Under the pieces are notes generated by a model, which saw only the letters and a program-made list of their open reading frames with translations, was not told where the DNA came from and did not search any database. This document shows, in pieces, positions 50,350 to 63,874 of a DNA stretch of 64,000 nt. The first letter of the stretch is position 1. Each line of letters opens with the position of its first letter. The position numbers were made by a program, and so were the translations under genes. This DNA comes from Octopus sinensis. Its lineage: Eukaryota. The stretch lies in contig NC_042999.1 of assembly GCF_006345805.1 (NCBI RefSeq), positions 107,632,001 to 107,696,000 on the forward strand, in the 5' to 3' direction.

Positions 50350-50535
50350 AATACTGTGACAGTTTCCATAAGAGAACCTCTCATATAGACTTTTGGTGTA
50401 TATAAGCACTCTTGTTTACATCACTAGTAGGAGATAAATAACCCAGCATTGCCACTGCAGAGACTTCTAGATCACATGCTTATATGCTTCAAAAGCCAAT
50501 ATGAGAGGTTCTCTCATTGTAACCTTCACAGTATT
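50350..50535. mobile_element. MITE-like element, ~58-bp TIRs
   Basis: ATACTGTGA..AGAGAACCTCTCATAT..CTTTTG..ATATAAGCA pairs with TGCTTATAT..CAAAAG..ATATGAGAGGTTCTCT..TCACAGTAT; TA at both ends. Confidence 0.7.
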
Positions 50536-50664
50536 CTGTGTTCTAGCACAGCATCTACTTTTTAGTGGGGATAAATACTACCTTCTAATAAAGTGTATTT
50601 CACTAAGCAAGCTGTACTATCCTTGTTGTTATTGCAAAATTTTCTTTAGCACTATGTCATCCCT

Positions 50665-51000
50665 TATCAAATAGACATATGATCAAAAACATTCCAGTTA
50701 TGACCATTCCTTCTTTTTTTCAAGATTGATAAAATCAGCACTGCTGCTGTTAGTAACCTCATTATTATTGTTTTTGGAGTTGTTGCTGTTAAAGCCAATT
50801 TTGATGTTACCTATCTCCTGGAAAACTTATCTCTATCATTCTCTATCCTTTCCTCAAACTGGCTCTCTAGAGGTACATTATCAAATGTATCCTTCCTTTT
50901 ATAACAGACAAAAAGACAGACTTGAAGGGAGATTTGGCTACTATTTCTTGTAAATCAAATGACTATGTAGTGGCTCTCTTGATCTGATAAATGTGTAGTA
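50665..51000 (+). mobile_element. interspersed repeat family C
   Basis: Head CATATGATCAAAAACATTCCAGTTATGACC, tail GGAGATTTGGCTACTATTTCT. Confidence 0.55.
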
Positions 51001-53179
51001 AATGCTGGGAAGTACTTTAAGGAATGTTACATAATTGGTTCTCTTTCTTGGCTATTTTTGGCCAATCTAACTATATCTTTTAGCACGAATCATTTTACAG
51101 ACAAAATGCTGGAGCCAGCTGACCATCATAAAAGCTGTGTTTTTGGCTGACAACCAGAGTATATCCTTGTAAATACATAAGTCTATGTCACACAGAAATT
51201 ATTCTTTTACAAAGACACATACTACCACGCACACACACTCATCACAAATGAATATCTTCTCATGCTTATTAAAATACATTATGACAAAACATACAAAGTC
51301 TTTTAAGCTTGTATCAGTTGTTGTTAGAAGTATTGTCTCAAGTTTCTCATCTGTTATTTTATATTAATTTTCTCATGAACATTTTTGTAAATGTTAACTC
51401 TATTACAATCTGATGAATAATGAAGACATTATTTAATTGAAAATTTTGTTATGAACTGCTGTTATTTTCTATTAACTTTATCATGCATTATAAACTGAAA
51501 TTCTCATGTTTTGATAATGCAGTCATTTCACATATGCATTCATTTTTGTTATAATTTATACTCTGTGCTATTATTTTTAGACAGTGCTTTATTTTCGAAT
51601 TTCTTGTAATGTCTGGATCTGTTGTCATCAACATATTCTTCATAACCGGAATGAAATGACTTTTGACATATGAGTTATTCTCATTCTTATTTTATCTATA
51701 TCTCCTGAAATATCCTCTTCATTCATTCACTTTGCAAATATAAGAAATTTCTCAGTAGAGGCAAAAATATTTATGTGAAACAAACTCACAGCTATATGTT
51801 GCTGCATAGTGTTAGCCATTCCTAAAATTTCCTTAAAAGTCATTTGCAAATGTATCATAGATATTTAATGGCAACAATTTATAGTACCTAATATGAGAAG
51901 ATGGAGTAGTATGACCATTGCAGAGTAATTAGTAACGTTGTCACACAACAAGCAATAGATAAATAGTTACGTATGTCTTGATACATGGTTACATAGTTAA
52001 GAATTTCACTTCATATGTAAATATCAATTCAGGTTGCTGGATTGGCTGAGCTGTAAGAATCTCAAACAGGAGGCCTTGCAGTATTTGCTTTGGTTCTTTG
52101 TGTTTCAAGTTCAAAACTTAAACAGCCTAAAACAGACAGAACATAAACACAAATTATAGACAGACATTCCAAAGTGTTGTTTATCGATTATCCATAGGAT
52201 GTAGGCCTTCATTTCCCCCAAGAGCTCTCATACATACCTACTGCATTGCTTGCAGACAAACACCATGAATGTTCTGTGTTCAAATTCTGCTTAGAGTAAC
52301 TTTTCCTTTCATTATAACATACGTACCAGTTGAACATTGGGGTTTAGTGTAATTAACTTATGCCCAGTTCCAAAATCTGAAAATAATATCTATTCATGAA
52401 ATATCACTTCTCAAAATTTAATCCGTCTATACTGAACATCAGAAACCATTCATTTATTCATTCAGTTCATTCTAAGAACATCAATCATCACCAAACACTG
52501 TTTCCTCATATCAATTTAAAATTAGATCTAACAGTCAAGAAACTCTTAGGCCTACATGAGTGATAGACATAATGTGTTGTTTGGTTTAACGCCACCACCT
52601 GGTTTCTACAGTGTTTTTATTCGTGTCCACTCTACGGCAAATATTCAAGCCAAGTATCAGGTTTGAGAATACTGTCCTCTATTCCTAATACCAATTTTAT
52701 AGGTCTTGTGAAGAGTCCTAGGCACTGCCTTCCCTAAAAAAAATCCCATGATTTCAGGTTCAATACCTCTGTGCAACACATTTAGTAAATATCTTCTGTC
52801 GTGGTATCAGATTGAACCATCTTGCAATGAAAATTAGTGAGATGGAAATTATGTGGAAGCCTGTTGGATGGTTGTATTTGTTTGTGAGGGGAAGACTTCA
52901 TCTATCACCTGGTTTAGAATTCAGAAAATTCTGGAATGGCCAACACTTTTAGAGGGGGGAACATCACAATAGAGACAACCATACCTAAATTTAGCCAGTC
53001 AGTTTCTCTGCACAAATATCAACAACAAACAAAACAAACTCCCATTCAAGCAAAACACAAAAGTTATATTTTCATCAGAACTTGCAAAGCTGAAAATCAC
53101 TATGGCTTCCTCAGGAGAGAGATAATAATAATAAAGATGATGATGATGATGATGATGATAACGATAATGATGACGATCC

Positions 53180-53392
53180 TTTCTACTATAGGCACAAGGT
53201 TTAAAATTTTGAGGGAGAGGGCTAGTTGATTACATTGACTCCAATACCCAACTGGCACTAATTTTACTGACCAAAAAGAGATGAAAGGCAAAGTCGAGCT
53301 CAGCAGAAAATGAACTCAGAACATAAACAAAGACAAAATGTCACTAAACATTTTGTCCAGTGTACTAATGATTCTACCAGCTTACTGCCTTC
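53180..53392 (-). mobile_element. SINE family A
   Basis: Reverse complement of the full head, core and tail. Confidence 0.75.
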
Positions 53393-53411
53393 AATAATAA
53401 TAATAATAATG

Positions 53412-53448
<37 letters not shown>

Positions 53449-53468
53449 TAATAATAATAATAATAATA

Positions 53469-54294
53469 GGAAAATACGCAAGCTGCTGAGTTGTAATAGG
53501 ATGCACCACCCAAAGGCAGACGTAGATCGCCTTTACCTTCCCAGAGTCCAAGGAGGTCAAGGCCTGATCCAATTTGAACTAGCTTAATCTCTGGATGTAA
53601 AGTCTTAGCACCAGTGGAGTATAAATTAAGACATGACAGAATTGGCCAATATCTACACTGGCTAATAAGTCGGCATTACAATATCAAAACTGCCGACAAG
53701 TGGTATAATCACCACCCTGAGGCTGTAACTGAAGGAGAAAATGTAACGATTCTGTGGGACTTTCCAGTACATACAGACCGAACCATCAAGGCCAATAAAC
53801 CAGATATTGTTGTGAAAGACCAAAACAATAAAGTTTGCTTATTGATCGACATGAGCATCCCCTGTGATCATAATATCTCAGCGAAAGAGTTTTACAAGCT
53901 CAGAAAATATAAAGACCTACTCATTGAAATTGAGAAAATGTGGCATCTCAAGGCGGTTACAATACCAGTGATCGTAGGAGCACTAGGAATGATCAAGAAG
54001 GGAACCGAAAATTATATGAGAATGATCCCTGGCTTACCATCCCTGCAAGAAGTGCAAAAGATTGTGTTAACTGGTACATCACACGTATTGAGAAGAGCAT
54101 TGTCGATGTGAGAACTGTTGCTGCTCATGTATTTTAATTTAACTTTAAAAAAAAAAATTTTTTTTTAAAAATGAACGAACTACTGAGTTTGGTTTAAGGG
54201 CCTACCAATGTATACTATGAGTTTCTTTGCCCTAGGAGTCGGGAAGACACTCGGCAAGAAATGGAAGCAAATTTGAAAGAAGGAAAAAAAAAAG
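53469..54294 (+). mobile_element. R4/Dong-like LINE, 5'-truncated and internally deleted
   Basis: RMHHPKADVDRLYLPRVQGGQGL joined to LISGCKVLAPVEY; ORF 53614-54111 has RHD and the KPDIVV..LIDMS..K RLE motif; (TAA)n at 53393-53468 and 54295-54315. Confidence 0.9.
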
Positions 54295-54784
54295 TAATAA
54301 TAATAATAATAATATTTCTAACAAAGGTATATGGCTTGAAACAGGAAAGAAAGGATTTGTTAATAAAATTAATCCCCTCTCTTTCTCTTAAACATTGATA
54401 ACCTACTCACCACCATCCAACAACCTTCACTCTTATGCAAACAACACAATCTTTCATCCTTCTTAATTTTTCTAATCATGCATAATCCATACACAGCCTA
54501 GACACCACATGCCAAACCTGTACAGATTCAATAAATTGAGAGCTTGAGAAAATTGTTCAGTGAAACCAGACTAACATTGTTTCATTTAGCGACAAAATGC
54601 CCCTCAAGCATTACTCATATAATGAAAACACCACTGCACCACATTCTCATAAACACGAGCAACACTCAGCTAACTACTATGCAGGTAAGGAGTTAGCATC
54701 CTAGTCACAAGGTTCAGGTTCAATCCCACTGTGTGATGCCTAGTGTATGTTTTCTACTATAGCCTTGAAGCAACCAATGCCTTA

Positions 54785-55010
54785 TTGTTGTTGTTGTTGT
54801 TGTTAAGCAACAAGACGGGTAAGGGTGATTAGGTGATGGTCTAGGGCTTAGGGGCAGGAGACCCCAGACCTTGGAAAGAAAGAAAAAACTTTGGTTGTCT
54901 TGTTGTAGTTGAGGGCTCTTCGTTGACGCCCGACACCACTGGGAGGTGGCCCTCGAAGTCGCTAGAAATGGAGATCTCCAGGTCCAAATTCTTGAACGAC
55001 ACCAATGCCT
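54785..55010 (-). mobile_element. possible LINE 3' end with (AAC)n tail
   Basis: GC- and CpG-richer block ending in (AAC)n on the minus strand; no diagnostic motif. Confidence 0.3.
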
Positions 55011-56332
55011 TGTGAATTATTTGGTAGGCAGAAACTTAAGTATATCATGTGTGTGGAAGTGTTCATGCATCCTTTGATGTTGATGATGTATGTAATGATA
55101 TATGTAGGTATCCAGAAAAACATCATTGAATCCACAATAGATGTCTTCAGATCAATTCAATGCATATCTCCAACAGAATCCACTGAGCTGCAAGTATTCA
55201 GGTAAAGTTCCCTATCTAAAGTTAACTTCCTGTCTAACTTTTAACATTCTTCAAGGCCTTCTAAAAAGATTATAGCATTGTATAAATCAAAATGTTCATG
55301 TTATCTCCAATTGTTCTTCCCTGCCTACAGTTATAGATATATGTCTTTCTTGTCTTACTTTACTATCTAAACTTGTAATGTTATTTCACAGAATTCAATC
55401 AGACATTTCTCAATATCAGAAACCATTCTTTTATTCTTATTGCCTGCCCAAACAAGCAAAATCAGTTTGTTCTAAGGACATCATCACCAAACACTATTTT
55501 CTCATCTTAATTTAAAATCTCATAACATTCCCATATTATTGAAATCATTTCCCCAACAAACGGAATTTAAAGACTTTGAACTGCAAGTTGTTGTTAAATG
55601 CTGTACTGGATCAGAAGCTGAAAGCTACATTGTTTGGCTTCTCATCAATGATGCTGTGCAAAGCTAATCAGGATGTTATTTGGATGGAATTATATATACA
55701 GTATTATGTCTTTATTTATTTTTGTTTGATTTAGTTCAACCTTCACCTTCCCTAATGCCGACTAGATCTATTACAATAGCCATGTTAGCACTTACAAAAT
55801 CAACTTGAACAGTATTTATCAAAGAAAACAGAAAATATATTAATATTCTGACATTTGTATCATATTAATTTCATTCTTTTTTATGTATAATGTTTGTTTG
55901 GTATAAATATAGTTACATTATAAATACTATTTTTGTTTGCTCTGCTTTCTTTCTTTTCTGTTTTGGCATGTCTATAGCTGTAATTACATGCTTTCAAATA
56001 TCCTACACTGTCTGTACTATAATAAAAAAAAAATAGATACATACATATATATATATTCATATATGTAAATATACATGCATACGTGTAGGTAGAGCAATAG
56101 ATATTTATATATTCACACACACACATATACATAATGTTAGTAAAGTGCATGTTAAGTGGATGCATAACTAGTCTTTTAGAATTCCATTCCTTGCTTTATA
56201 ATTTTATAAAGGAACCTGTGAAGTGAATTCATGTCTTGGCAAAATTTCATGTTAAGGCTATCCATACACATACAAAAATCAAATCTAGAGACTATATTAT
56301 GAACTTATTCATTCATAGCATCTTTACACAAG

Positions 56333-56568
56333 TTTTGATAACTGTTGCAAAGCAGATTATGTATGGATTTCCTTACATAATATTGGACATTCATGTCATC
56401 AGAAGTGCCATCCAAAATACAATGCATTCTGTTGTATGCCCCAGTATTTATAGTGATAGGATGTATGAAAACATGTGTTGCAATTGTGTATGACATCTCT
56501 GATGATGCAAATGTCCAAAATTATATAAGGAAATTCTTACATAATCTGCTTTACAACAGATACCAAAA
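56333..56568. mobile_element. MITE-like inverted repeat, ~78-bp arms
   Basis: 56333-56411 versus the reverse complement of 56490-56568, about 80% by eye. Confidence 0.7.
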
Positions 56569-56765
56569 TGCATGCAACATTGGTGTTTTAAATATTTTCA
56601 TGACATATACTCAATGTATGAAACTTGCGCATATTTATTTACAAATATATGTAGTTCCAGGCTTTGAAAAAAATAAGTAATGGGATTGATACAGTCAACT
56701 AAAAATTCATGGCCACAGTCCAATATCTGAAACAAGTAAAAAATAAAAGACAAAATATATATATA

Positions 56766-57066
56766 TAGGTGCAGGCATGGCTGTGTGGTAAGTAGCTTGC
56801 TTCCCCACCACATGGTTCTGTATTCAGTCCCACTGTGTGGTACCTTGGGCAAGTGTCTTCTGCTATAGCCTCGGGCTGACCAAAACCTTGTGAGGGAATT
56901 TAGTAGACAGAAACTCAAAGAAGCCTGTCATATATGTGTGTGTGTGTGTGTTTGTGTACCTGTGTTTGTGTGTCTGTGTTTGTCCCTCCACCATCACTTG
57001 TTTAACTAAAGGTGGTGCTCCAGCATGACTACAGTCAAATGACTGAAACAAATTAAAGAATAAAAG
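56766..57066 (+). mobile_element. SINE family B
   Basis: Head, (GT)n middle and shortened tail. Confidence 0.8.
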
Positions 57067-57330
57067 AATATATATATATATATACAATTGAAAGAACTGG
57101 AGTCAACAAGAAGGGGTACAGTTGGACATTTATTTAATTGTCAGTGATTGCTACAAGACAATATGCTCATCATTCTACTAATTCTGCCATTCCTCTGATC
57201 AACTGAATTGTATTCTTCTGTATTGATTAATAATGTAAAGTATTATGAGTCAATACAGGTTTTCACACAAATATTTCTATTTGTAACATTTAATGCACAT
57301 AATTTTATTGAAATATAAACAATATAAACA

Positions 57331-57500
57331 TAGGCATAGAGAGTGGCTGTGTGGTAAGTAGTTTGCTTACCCACCACATGATTCTGGGTTCAGTCCCACT
57401 GCATGGCACCTAGGGCGAGTGTCTTCTACTATAGCGTCAGGCCGACAAAAGCCTTCTGAGTAGATTTGGTAGATGGAAACTGAAAGAAGCCCGTCGTATA
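57331..57500 (+). mobile_element. SINE family B head
   Basis: GAGTGGCTGTGTGGTAAGTAG..GGGTTCAGTCCCACTGC. Confidence 0.8.
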
Positions 57501-57647
57501 TATGTGTATATATATATATTACGTTATAAAAATAGGGTTCAGTAAAATAATTTATTTTACCACACACCGAACTTTTTAGAAATAGCAGCCAAAAATCTTA
57601 GCTATTTCTTCTACTGTAAGAAAAATCTCCCAGACAATTATTATGTG

Positions 57648-57649
<2 letters not shown>

Positions 57650-57728
<79 letters not shown>

Positions 57729-57740
57729 TGTGTGTGTGTG

Positions 57741-57793
<53 letters not shown>

Positions 57794-57800
57794 TGTATTG
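57650..57800. repeat. (GT)n microsatellite
   Basis: Direct inspection. Confidence 0.95.
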
Positions 57801-57829
57801 TGTGTCTGTGTTTGTCCCCTCCCCAACAA

Positions 57830-58554
57830 GATGGGTCCAGATCCTAGTGCATGCATTTCTCGCTATGTCTCTGAGAAGACTTTTGAACAGCTCTTTGTTC
57901 TTAGCCACTAAATCAGCCTTGATTTTGCAAGCAGAGTGGTTAGTGTCTTTCTCAACTGCACCTCATACAGAGTAATCTATGGAATTACAATCATGGAATT
58001 AGAAGATCAGAAATTGGGGTTGGGGAAGTCGTAGAAATTCTCCAGCCACTACATCTGAATCTTTCTGGAGGTATGGCAAAACAGCTGAATCCTGCTACCA
58101 CACATATAGTCTTCCAGCAGCAACCTCCTTCAGACAGTAAGTGACCAGAGTCTCCAGTATTTTTTCAAAGCTGTCTGAATTGAGCCTAAGGGTCTATTCA
58201 AAGCTGAGGGAATGTGGTCACGGTAAAACTCCTGCTGTATTCCTTCCTGCTGGTCACAGCTCTGTAGTCTCCATTGCAACTGTCCATGACATATCTTACA
58301 GCTTTTACAGTGTTTACAGAGAATTGAACAGCAGTCAGGATATCAGCATTTTAACACCCAGCACGAATTATCATGACACAGGTAACTTTTTTCTAATATT
58401 CAGATATCTTCCAGTCCTTCATGTCAGCGAACTTTTTCTCAACTACAACTTTAATCTCTATGCTCTCCCATGCCATTGACTGTTCACCGATACCTCAAGC
58501 TGTTCCTGAAAAAATGAGACATAAAAAATTGCCAAATTTTGCCTGAACATTCTG
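57830..58554 (-). mobile_element. Tc1/mariner DD37D (maT-like) transposon remnant, internally deleted
   Basis: Minus frames: VAAGRLYVW*QDSA, HTSRKIQ..ENFYDF, DCNSIDY, VEKDTN..ACT; TIR-like TACAGAATGTTCAGGCAAAATTTG at the right end (TA at 58555-56). Confidence 0.75.
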
Positions 58555-59076
58555 TATAATCACTCCAGGACAAAACACAAAAGAAGTTCTTTGCATAATG
58601 TTATTTTCAGCTGAGTAGATATATAAACAAAGAGCATATTCACAACTAAGTAGATTTATATAAACAAAGACAGAATGGTCCGATGGTAGTCTTCTAAATT
58701 CATTGGAAACTGATAAGTTGTCTACAGCACTAAAATCAAAATAATCTTACATGAGTCTATAATAAAAGAACATCAAAATACCAAGGTTTATATTTTTTTC
58801 ATTTTAAAATAAACTCATTGAACAAAAAATTATGTGTTAACATTAAGATAGATGCTGAGGTAAGGGTTGACTTATAGAGAAATAATGCTTTAGAAGTAGG
58901 TCTGATGTTTCAGCTCATTACCATAATAACCCTAATTAGAATAAAAATAAAATAGAAAATAAAAAAATTAATTTATCTTTCTGCATCAATCTCAACTTGT
59001 AATGATCTAAAGCTAAAATCTATTGACCGAAAATAATGGTTCTTGTATTTTATTCAAAATAAAGTGTATTTTCTTG

Positions 59077-59077
<1 letters not shown>

Positions 59078-59126
<49 letters not shown>

Positions 59127-59152
59127 CATAATTATTATTATTATTATTATTA

Positions 59153-59207
<55 letters not shown>

Positions 59208-59235
59208 CATCATCATCATCATCATTTTTATTATT
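59078..59235. repeat. (ATT)n/(CAT)n microsatellite
   Basis: Direct inspection. Confidence 0.95.
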
Positions 59236-60859
59236 ATTTTCTTTTTGGCTCAAAATCAACTTTGATGGGTTGTTCATTAGCACATTAGAAATTAGCAATT
59301 AGATATATTTTTCTAAGAATTTATTCAAGAAAACAAAAACAATAACAAACATACACACAAATGAATATAAAGCATTTTGTTTGTTTTTTTTTTCTTTCTC
59401 TTTTCTTTTTGTGCTTTTGTAGTATAATCTTTTAGAAATTTGAACTTGGAATTTATATTTTATTTATTTTATTTTATTTTTTTTCTTTATTTTTTTTGCT
59501 ATATTAACTCAATAAATAAACAATTTGTTAAAAAGAAGACTAGTTAAAAATTTATCCTAACTCTGCCACAGTCTTCATCTAAACAGCATCGTTATGATTG
59601 TGACTATATCAGTAACTTTCACTTGGTCTGCTAATATCACAATGCAGGAGGAGTTAGCTTCATGTTACTTTGTTGTTTTTTCCTTTCATCACTTTTTATT
59701 TTTTTTATTTTTATTTTTTTGTTTTATTTTTTTTTATAGACATCATTTTACACATATGCCTAATACCATTAACAGAAAACATGATGACAGATTAGTACTA
59801 CTGATGATTACAAATTTTGCTTTAGTGGTGTAAATGGCATTGGTAATGATGCACAGGGAATTAGTAAGCACAAGATATAATGGAATCAATCACACCATCT
59901 TTAACAGTTACGTTAATATCAATATAGATTATTAATGTCGGCGATGATTATGGTAGCATAGTAAATTAATGGTGAACATTTCCAAACTGTATTAACTGAG
60001 GTTTGCATAAAAGAGACAGGAAAAGAGAAAGAGAGAGGCAGCAAGTGAAAATGGAAGAGTGACAGACAGGCAGGCAGACAGACAGGCACAGACATACAAA
60101 CCTGCAGATAGACAGATTCAATAGGATATTATTATGAAAAGTAAAAGATCAAAATGTTTAAATGATCTATTGAAAAAGTACATTAAAATTTAAAAGCTAA
60201 AAAACAATGATCTGCATTTAAAAATGTAAGTGGGAGGAATTAGTATTGGTAAATTTAATTAATAAAGAAATTTATTTATTTATTTATTTATTCACTTTAT
60301 AAGATTCGTTGTTTAAAAAGAGAAGTTGTGCAAATATAGAAGATTGTGCTTTATTGATAGGCATAATGAAAAGTATATATGCAGTATTAATCGAAAATAA
60401 GGAATTAATTATTCTAGCGGGATTACACTTATGTTCAGCGAATTCAGTCCTCAACAATTTCCTTCAGAAAGTAATTTAGAATTTTTACAACAGTAACCCA
60501 TTTGCTTTTGTTATTGTTGTCTGGTTTATGTTCCAGATGAATCATCATCATCATCATCATCATTTGATTTCCATTGTTGGGGGTTTGCAAGCTTGTAAAA
60601 GAAGAAGGAGATGAGGGGATGAGAAGGTAGCCTGCAACTCTAAACCAAGTTGGGTAGAATTAAATCAAGGTCATTATCTATTTATGCCAAAAACAAATCA
60701 AAGGGATATTTCAAAAGATTCTTATTTCATTCATACTGACTTCTTTCTTGATTTGAAACATTCAAATGAGGGTTTAGGGTTGAATGCATCTGGACTTTAT
60801 AGTTCTTGTTTTTGCTGTCATTGTTTAACACCAAGCTAGCCACAAGTGAACAGACACAC

Positions 60860-61570
60860 CCAAAAGAAACTGGAATTTTAAGATATTATTTTACTCATTA
60901 GTTTTATATGTTTACACTTTTATTACCTTCAAAGTATTCTCCATTTGAAGCAATGCATCAGTCCAGGCACGTTTTCCACTATTCAAAGCAGTACTGGAAC
61001 TCTTGCGAAGTGATGCCTTTTTACACCTCCACCATTTTTTTTCACCTCTTCCACATCTGCTTTCATCAATCACCAGTGACGACCTTCAAAGAAAGGTCTG
61101 GATCAACTTCCAACTGTTCTTTCAGTTCATGACAAACATTCAGTCATGACTGCATTTGATCCTCCGTGAACAAGTGAGGTACAAATTTTGCCGCAACTCT
61201 TTTCATTCACAATTCCTTACTCAAAATTCGTTGGCAGGAGCTCCAAGAAACACCAGTCATATCAACAGGTTTGTCAATTCTTTGGTGACAGTTCTCCAAG
61301 ATCAATTCATGAATTTTCATGATGTTTTCATTTGTTTGGGAAGTCATCAATCATCCTGAATGAGGTTGGTCTTCAAGTGACAAGTGACCATTCTTTAAAC
61401 GCAGAAACCACTCATAAATTTATGTTTTGTGTATGACAGTGTCCTTGTGAGCTATTTGAAGCATGACAACTGTTTCAGCCACTATTTTCCCCAGCAGAAA
61501 ACATTTTCCAGAAGCATGCTATTCCTTTGTTTCAGTCATCGCAAAAATTGATGAATAGGGGAGAAGCACT
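60860..61570 (-). mobile_element. mariner transposon remnant, internally deleted
   Basis: Minus frames: IYEWFLRLKNG..SLEDQPHSG, MKRVAAKFVPHLFT, VDPDLSLKVVTG joined to GITSQEFQYCFE*WK...CIASNGEYFEG. Confidence 0.85.
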
Positions 61571-61661
61571 GCAAAATCTTCTCGATTGGTTTCTTACTTC
61601 AGCTTATGAATGGCCTGCCTCAACATGCCTTGCTCTTCACAGAGATACAGCCAGGTATTTG

Positions 61662-61895
61662 GAGGCAGCGAGCTGGCAGAAACGGTTAGCACACTGGGTG
61701 AAATGCTGAACGGTATTTCATCTGCCATTACATTCTGAGTTCAAATTCTGCCAAGGTCAACTTTACTTTTCGTCCTTTTTGGGGTCGATTAATTAAGTGC
61801 AAGTTACACACTGGGGTCGATATAATCGACTTAATCCGTTTGTCTGTCCTTGTTTGTCCTCTCTGTGTTTAGCCCCTTGTGGGTAGTAAAGAAAT
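61662..61895 (+). mobile_element. SINE family A with alternative 3' tail and TSD
   Basis: Family A head and core, then a tail TTAATCCGTTTGTCTGTCC...GGGTAGTAAAGAAAT; AGGTATTTG repeated at 61653 and 61896. Confidence 0.8.
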
Positions 61896-62904
61896 AGGTA
61901 TTTGAAGTGATTGTACCATTCTTTGATCTGAGTTTCACCCATGGCATCATCACAAAAGGCTGTTATTTGACAGAGATCTAGCTGCTATTTTAGCAGGCTG
62001 AATAACCATGTAAAGGCTCTCTCATCGGACTCTTTAGTATGTTGATGAGTTTCATAGGTCATGAAAGCTTAAAATATCTACATTAATGGTAGTGGTGATG
62101 GCAGTGAAGATAGCAGGCAGCTGCCATAGCTGCAATGGTGGTGGTGGCAGTGGCAGTAGCAGGGTTCTCAATGGACTTGGTGACAGTAATGGTGACAGGG
62201 CTAGCAGTCACAGTAGCAACATAGGTGGTGTAGTGGGGCAATGGTTTTGGTGTTTAGTGTCAAATTGGCATACCAATAATCAACAGTGATCCACTTGGAT
62301 TGTCCCATATTTTATTTAAACATAGAGTGTATGAGTATCTAGGATAAGCACAATCCAATGTGTCCTTACATTTTTAAATCAGTCAGTAATTCTAGGAGGA
62401 TATGTGACTATATAAAAGCATATTCACTGACTACTAGTTATTTCATTATAACTTGCCAATATATTCCTGTTACTAAGACAGTGAGCAGGCAAAATACTTG
62501 GTGACATCTCATCTGCTTTTACATTCCAATTTCAAATCACACTAAAGTCAGCTTTGTCTATCATCCTTTCAAAGTCAATAAAATAAATACCAGTAAAGTA
62601 CTTGGGTTGATGTAATCAACTTACTTTCCCCCCCCCCCCAGTGAAATTGCTGGTCATATTCCTTAATTTGAAACCAATTTATTTCTGTTACTAATTTTTT
62701 TTTTTATCAAACCCATTTTTTTTTTATTAAACCCTTTCTTTTTTTGTATCAAACCCATTTTTTTTTATCAAAGCCAAGTCGAACCTACTAGGATTTGATC
62801 TAAGAATAAATAGGAATGAAACTAAATACTATATGATGGCATGAAGTTTAGCTTTCTACCATTGCTTTCATTTCCCTATGATCTTACCAGCATAATCCTA
62901 ACAG

Positions 62905-63065
62905 TAGGCACAGGTGTGCTTCCAGGTTCAGTCCCACTGCATACCCACTTCAGTAAGTGTTTTCTACTATAGCCTCAGGCTAACCAAAGCTTGGTGAGGG
63001 AATTTGACAGACGGAAACTAAAAGAAGCCTGTCATGTGTGTGTGTGTGTGTGTGCCTGTGTGTGC

Positions 63066-63108
<43 letters not shown>

Positions 63109-63303
63109 GTGTGTGTGTGTGGTGTGTGTGCATGTGTATGTGTGTTTGTTCCATATCACCACTTGACAGCTGATATTGGTGTTAGTGGGTTGACAAAAGA
63201 TACAAGTACCAAGTACTGCAGTTGATTCATTTGACTAAAAGTACTTCAAGGTGGTGCCCTAGCATGGCCACAGTCTAATTACTGAAACAAGTAAAAGATA
63301 AAA
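62905..63303 (+). mobile_element. SINE family B
   Basis: Head, (GT)n middle and tail. Confidence 0.8.
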
Positions 63304-63874
63304 GCATATGTGAATATTCCATAAGACTTTGAAAATAACCTAGAATTCCTGATTTTGATTTTGAAAAACTCTTGAGTCAATAAATAAAAAAGAAAAAATT
63401 GTGTTTTAGTTACTTGTAATATCAGTCTGTAATATCAGAACATCAAATTTTGCTTTTGGAAAGAAATTCCAAAATATTCCTTAAAATTTAGCTTATAAGC
63501 AGAATTGTGACACAATTTATGTATTATATTCTTCCATTATTTTACTTGATATAGTCAATGGACTACAGCCATGATCAGACACCACTTTCAAGGGTTTAAT
63601 CAAAAAAATCTCCCAGTACTGGTTCTTATTCCATTAGTTTCTTTTTGCCAGACTGCTAAGTCACAGAGATATCCACAAACAAACAATGGTTGTCAAGCAT
63701 GCATGAGATAAATACAAACAAAAAGACACATGCACACACCTTCATACACACATACATGTGCACTCACACACACATGCTCATATGGACACACACACACATG
63801 CATACACACACATACATATACACATACATACACATACACATACACACATATACATACACACATACATGTGTAAC

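Noticed and set aside
50724-50871. Apparent exon with a strong acceptor, phase-compatible with 55108
   Set aside because: Both splice signals lie within modules of repeat family C, and the peptide is low-complexity.
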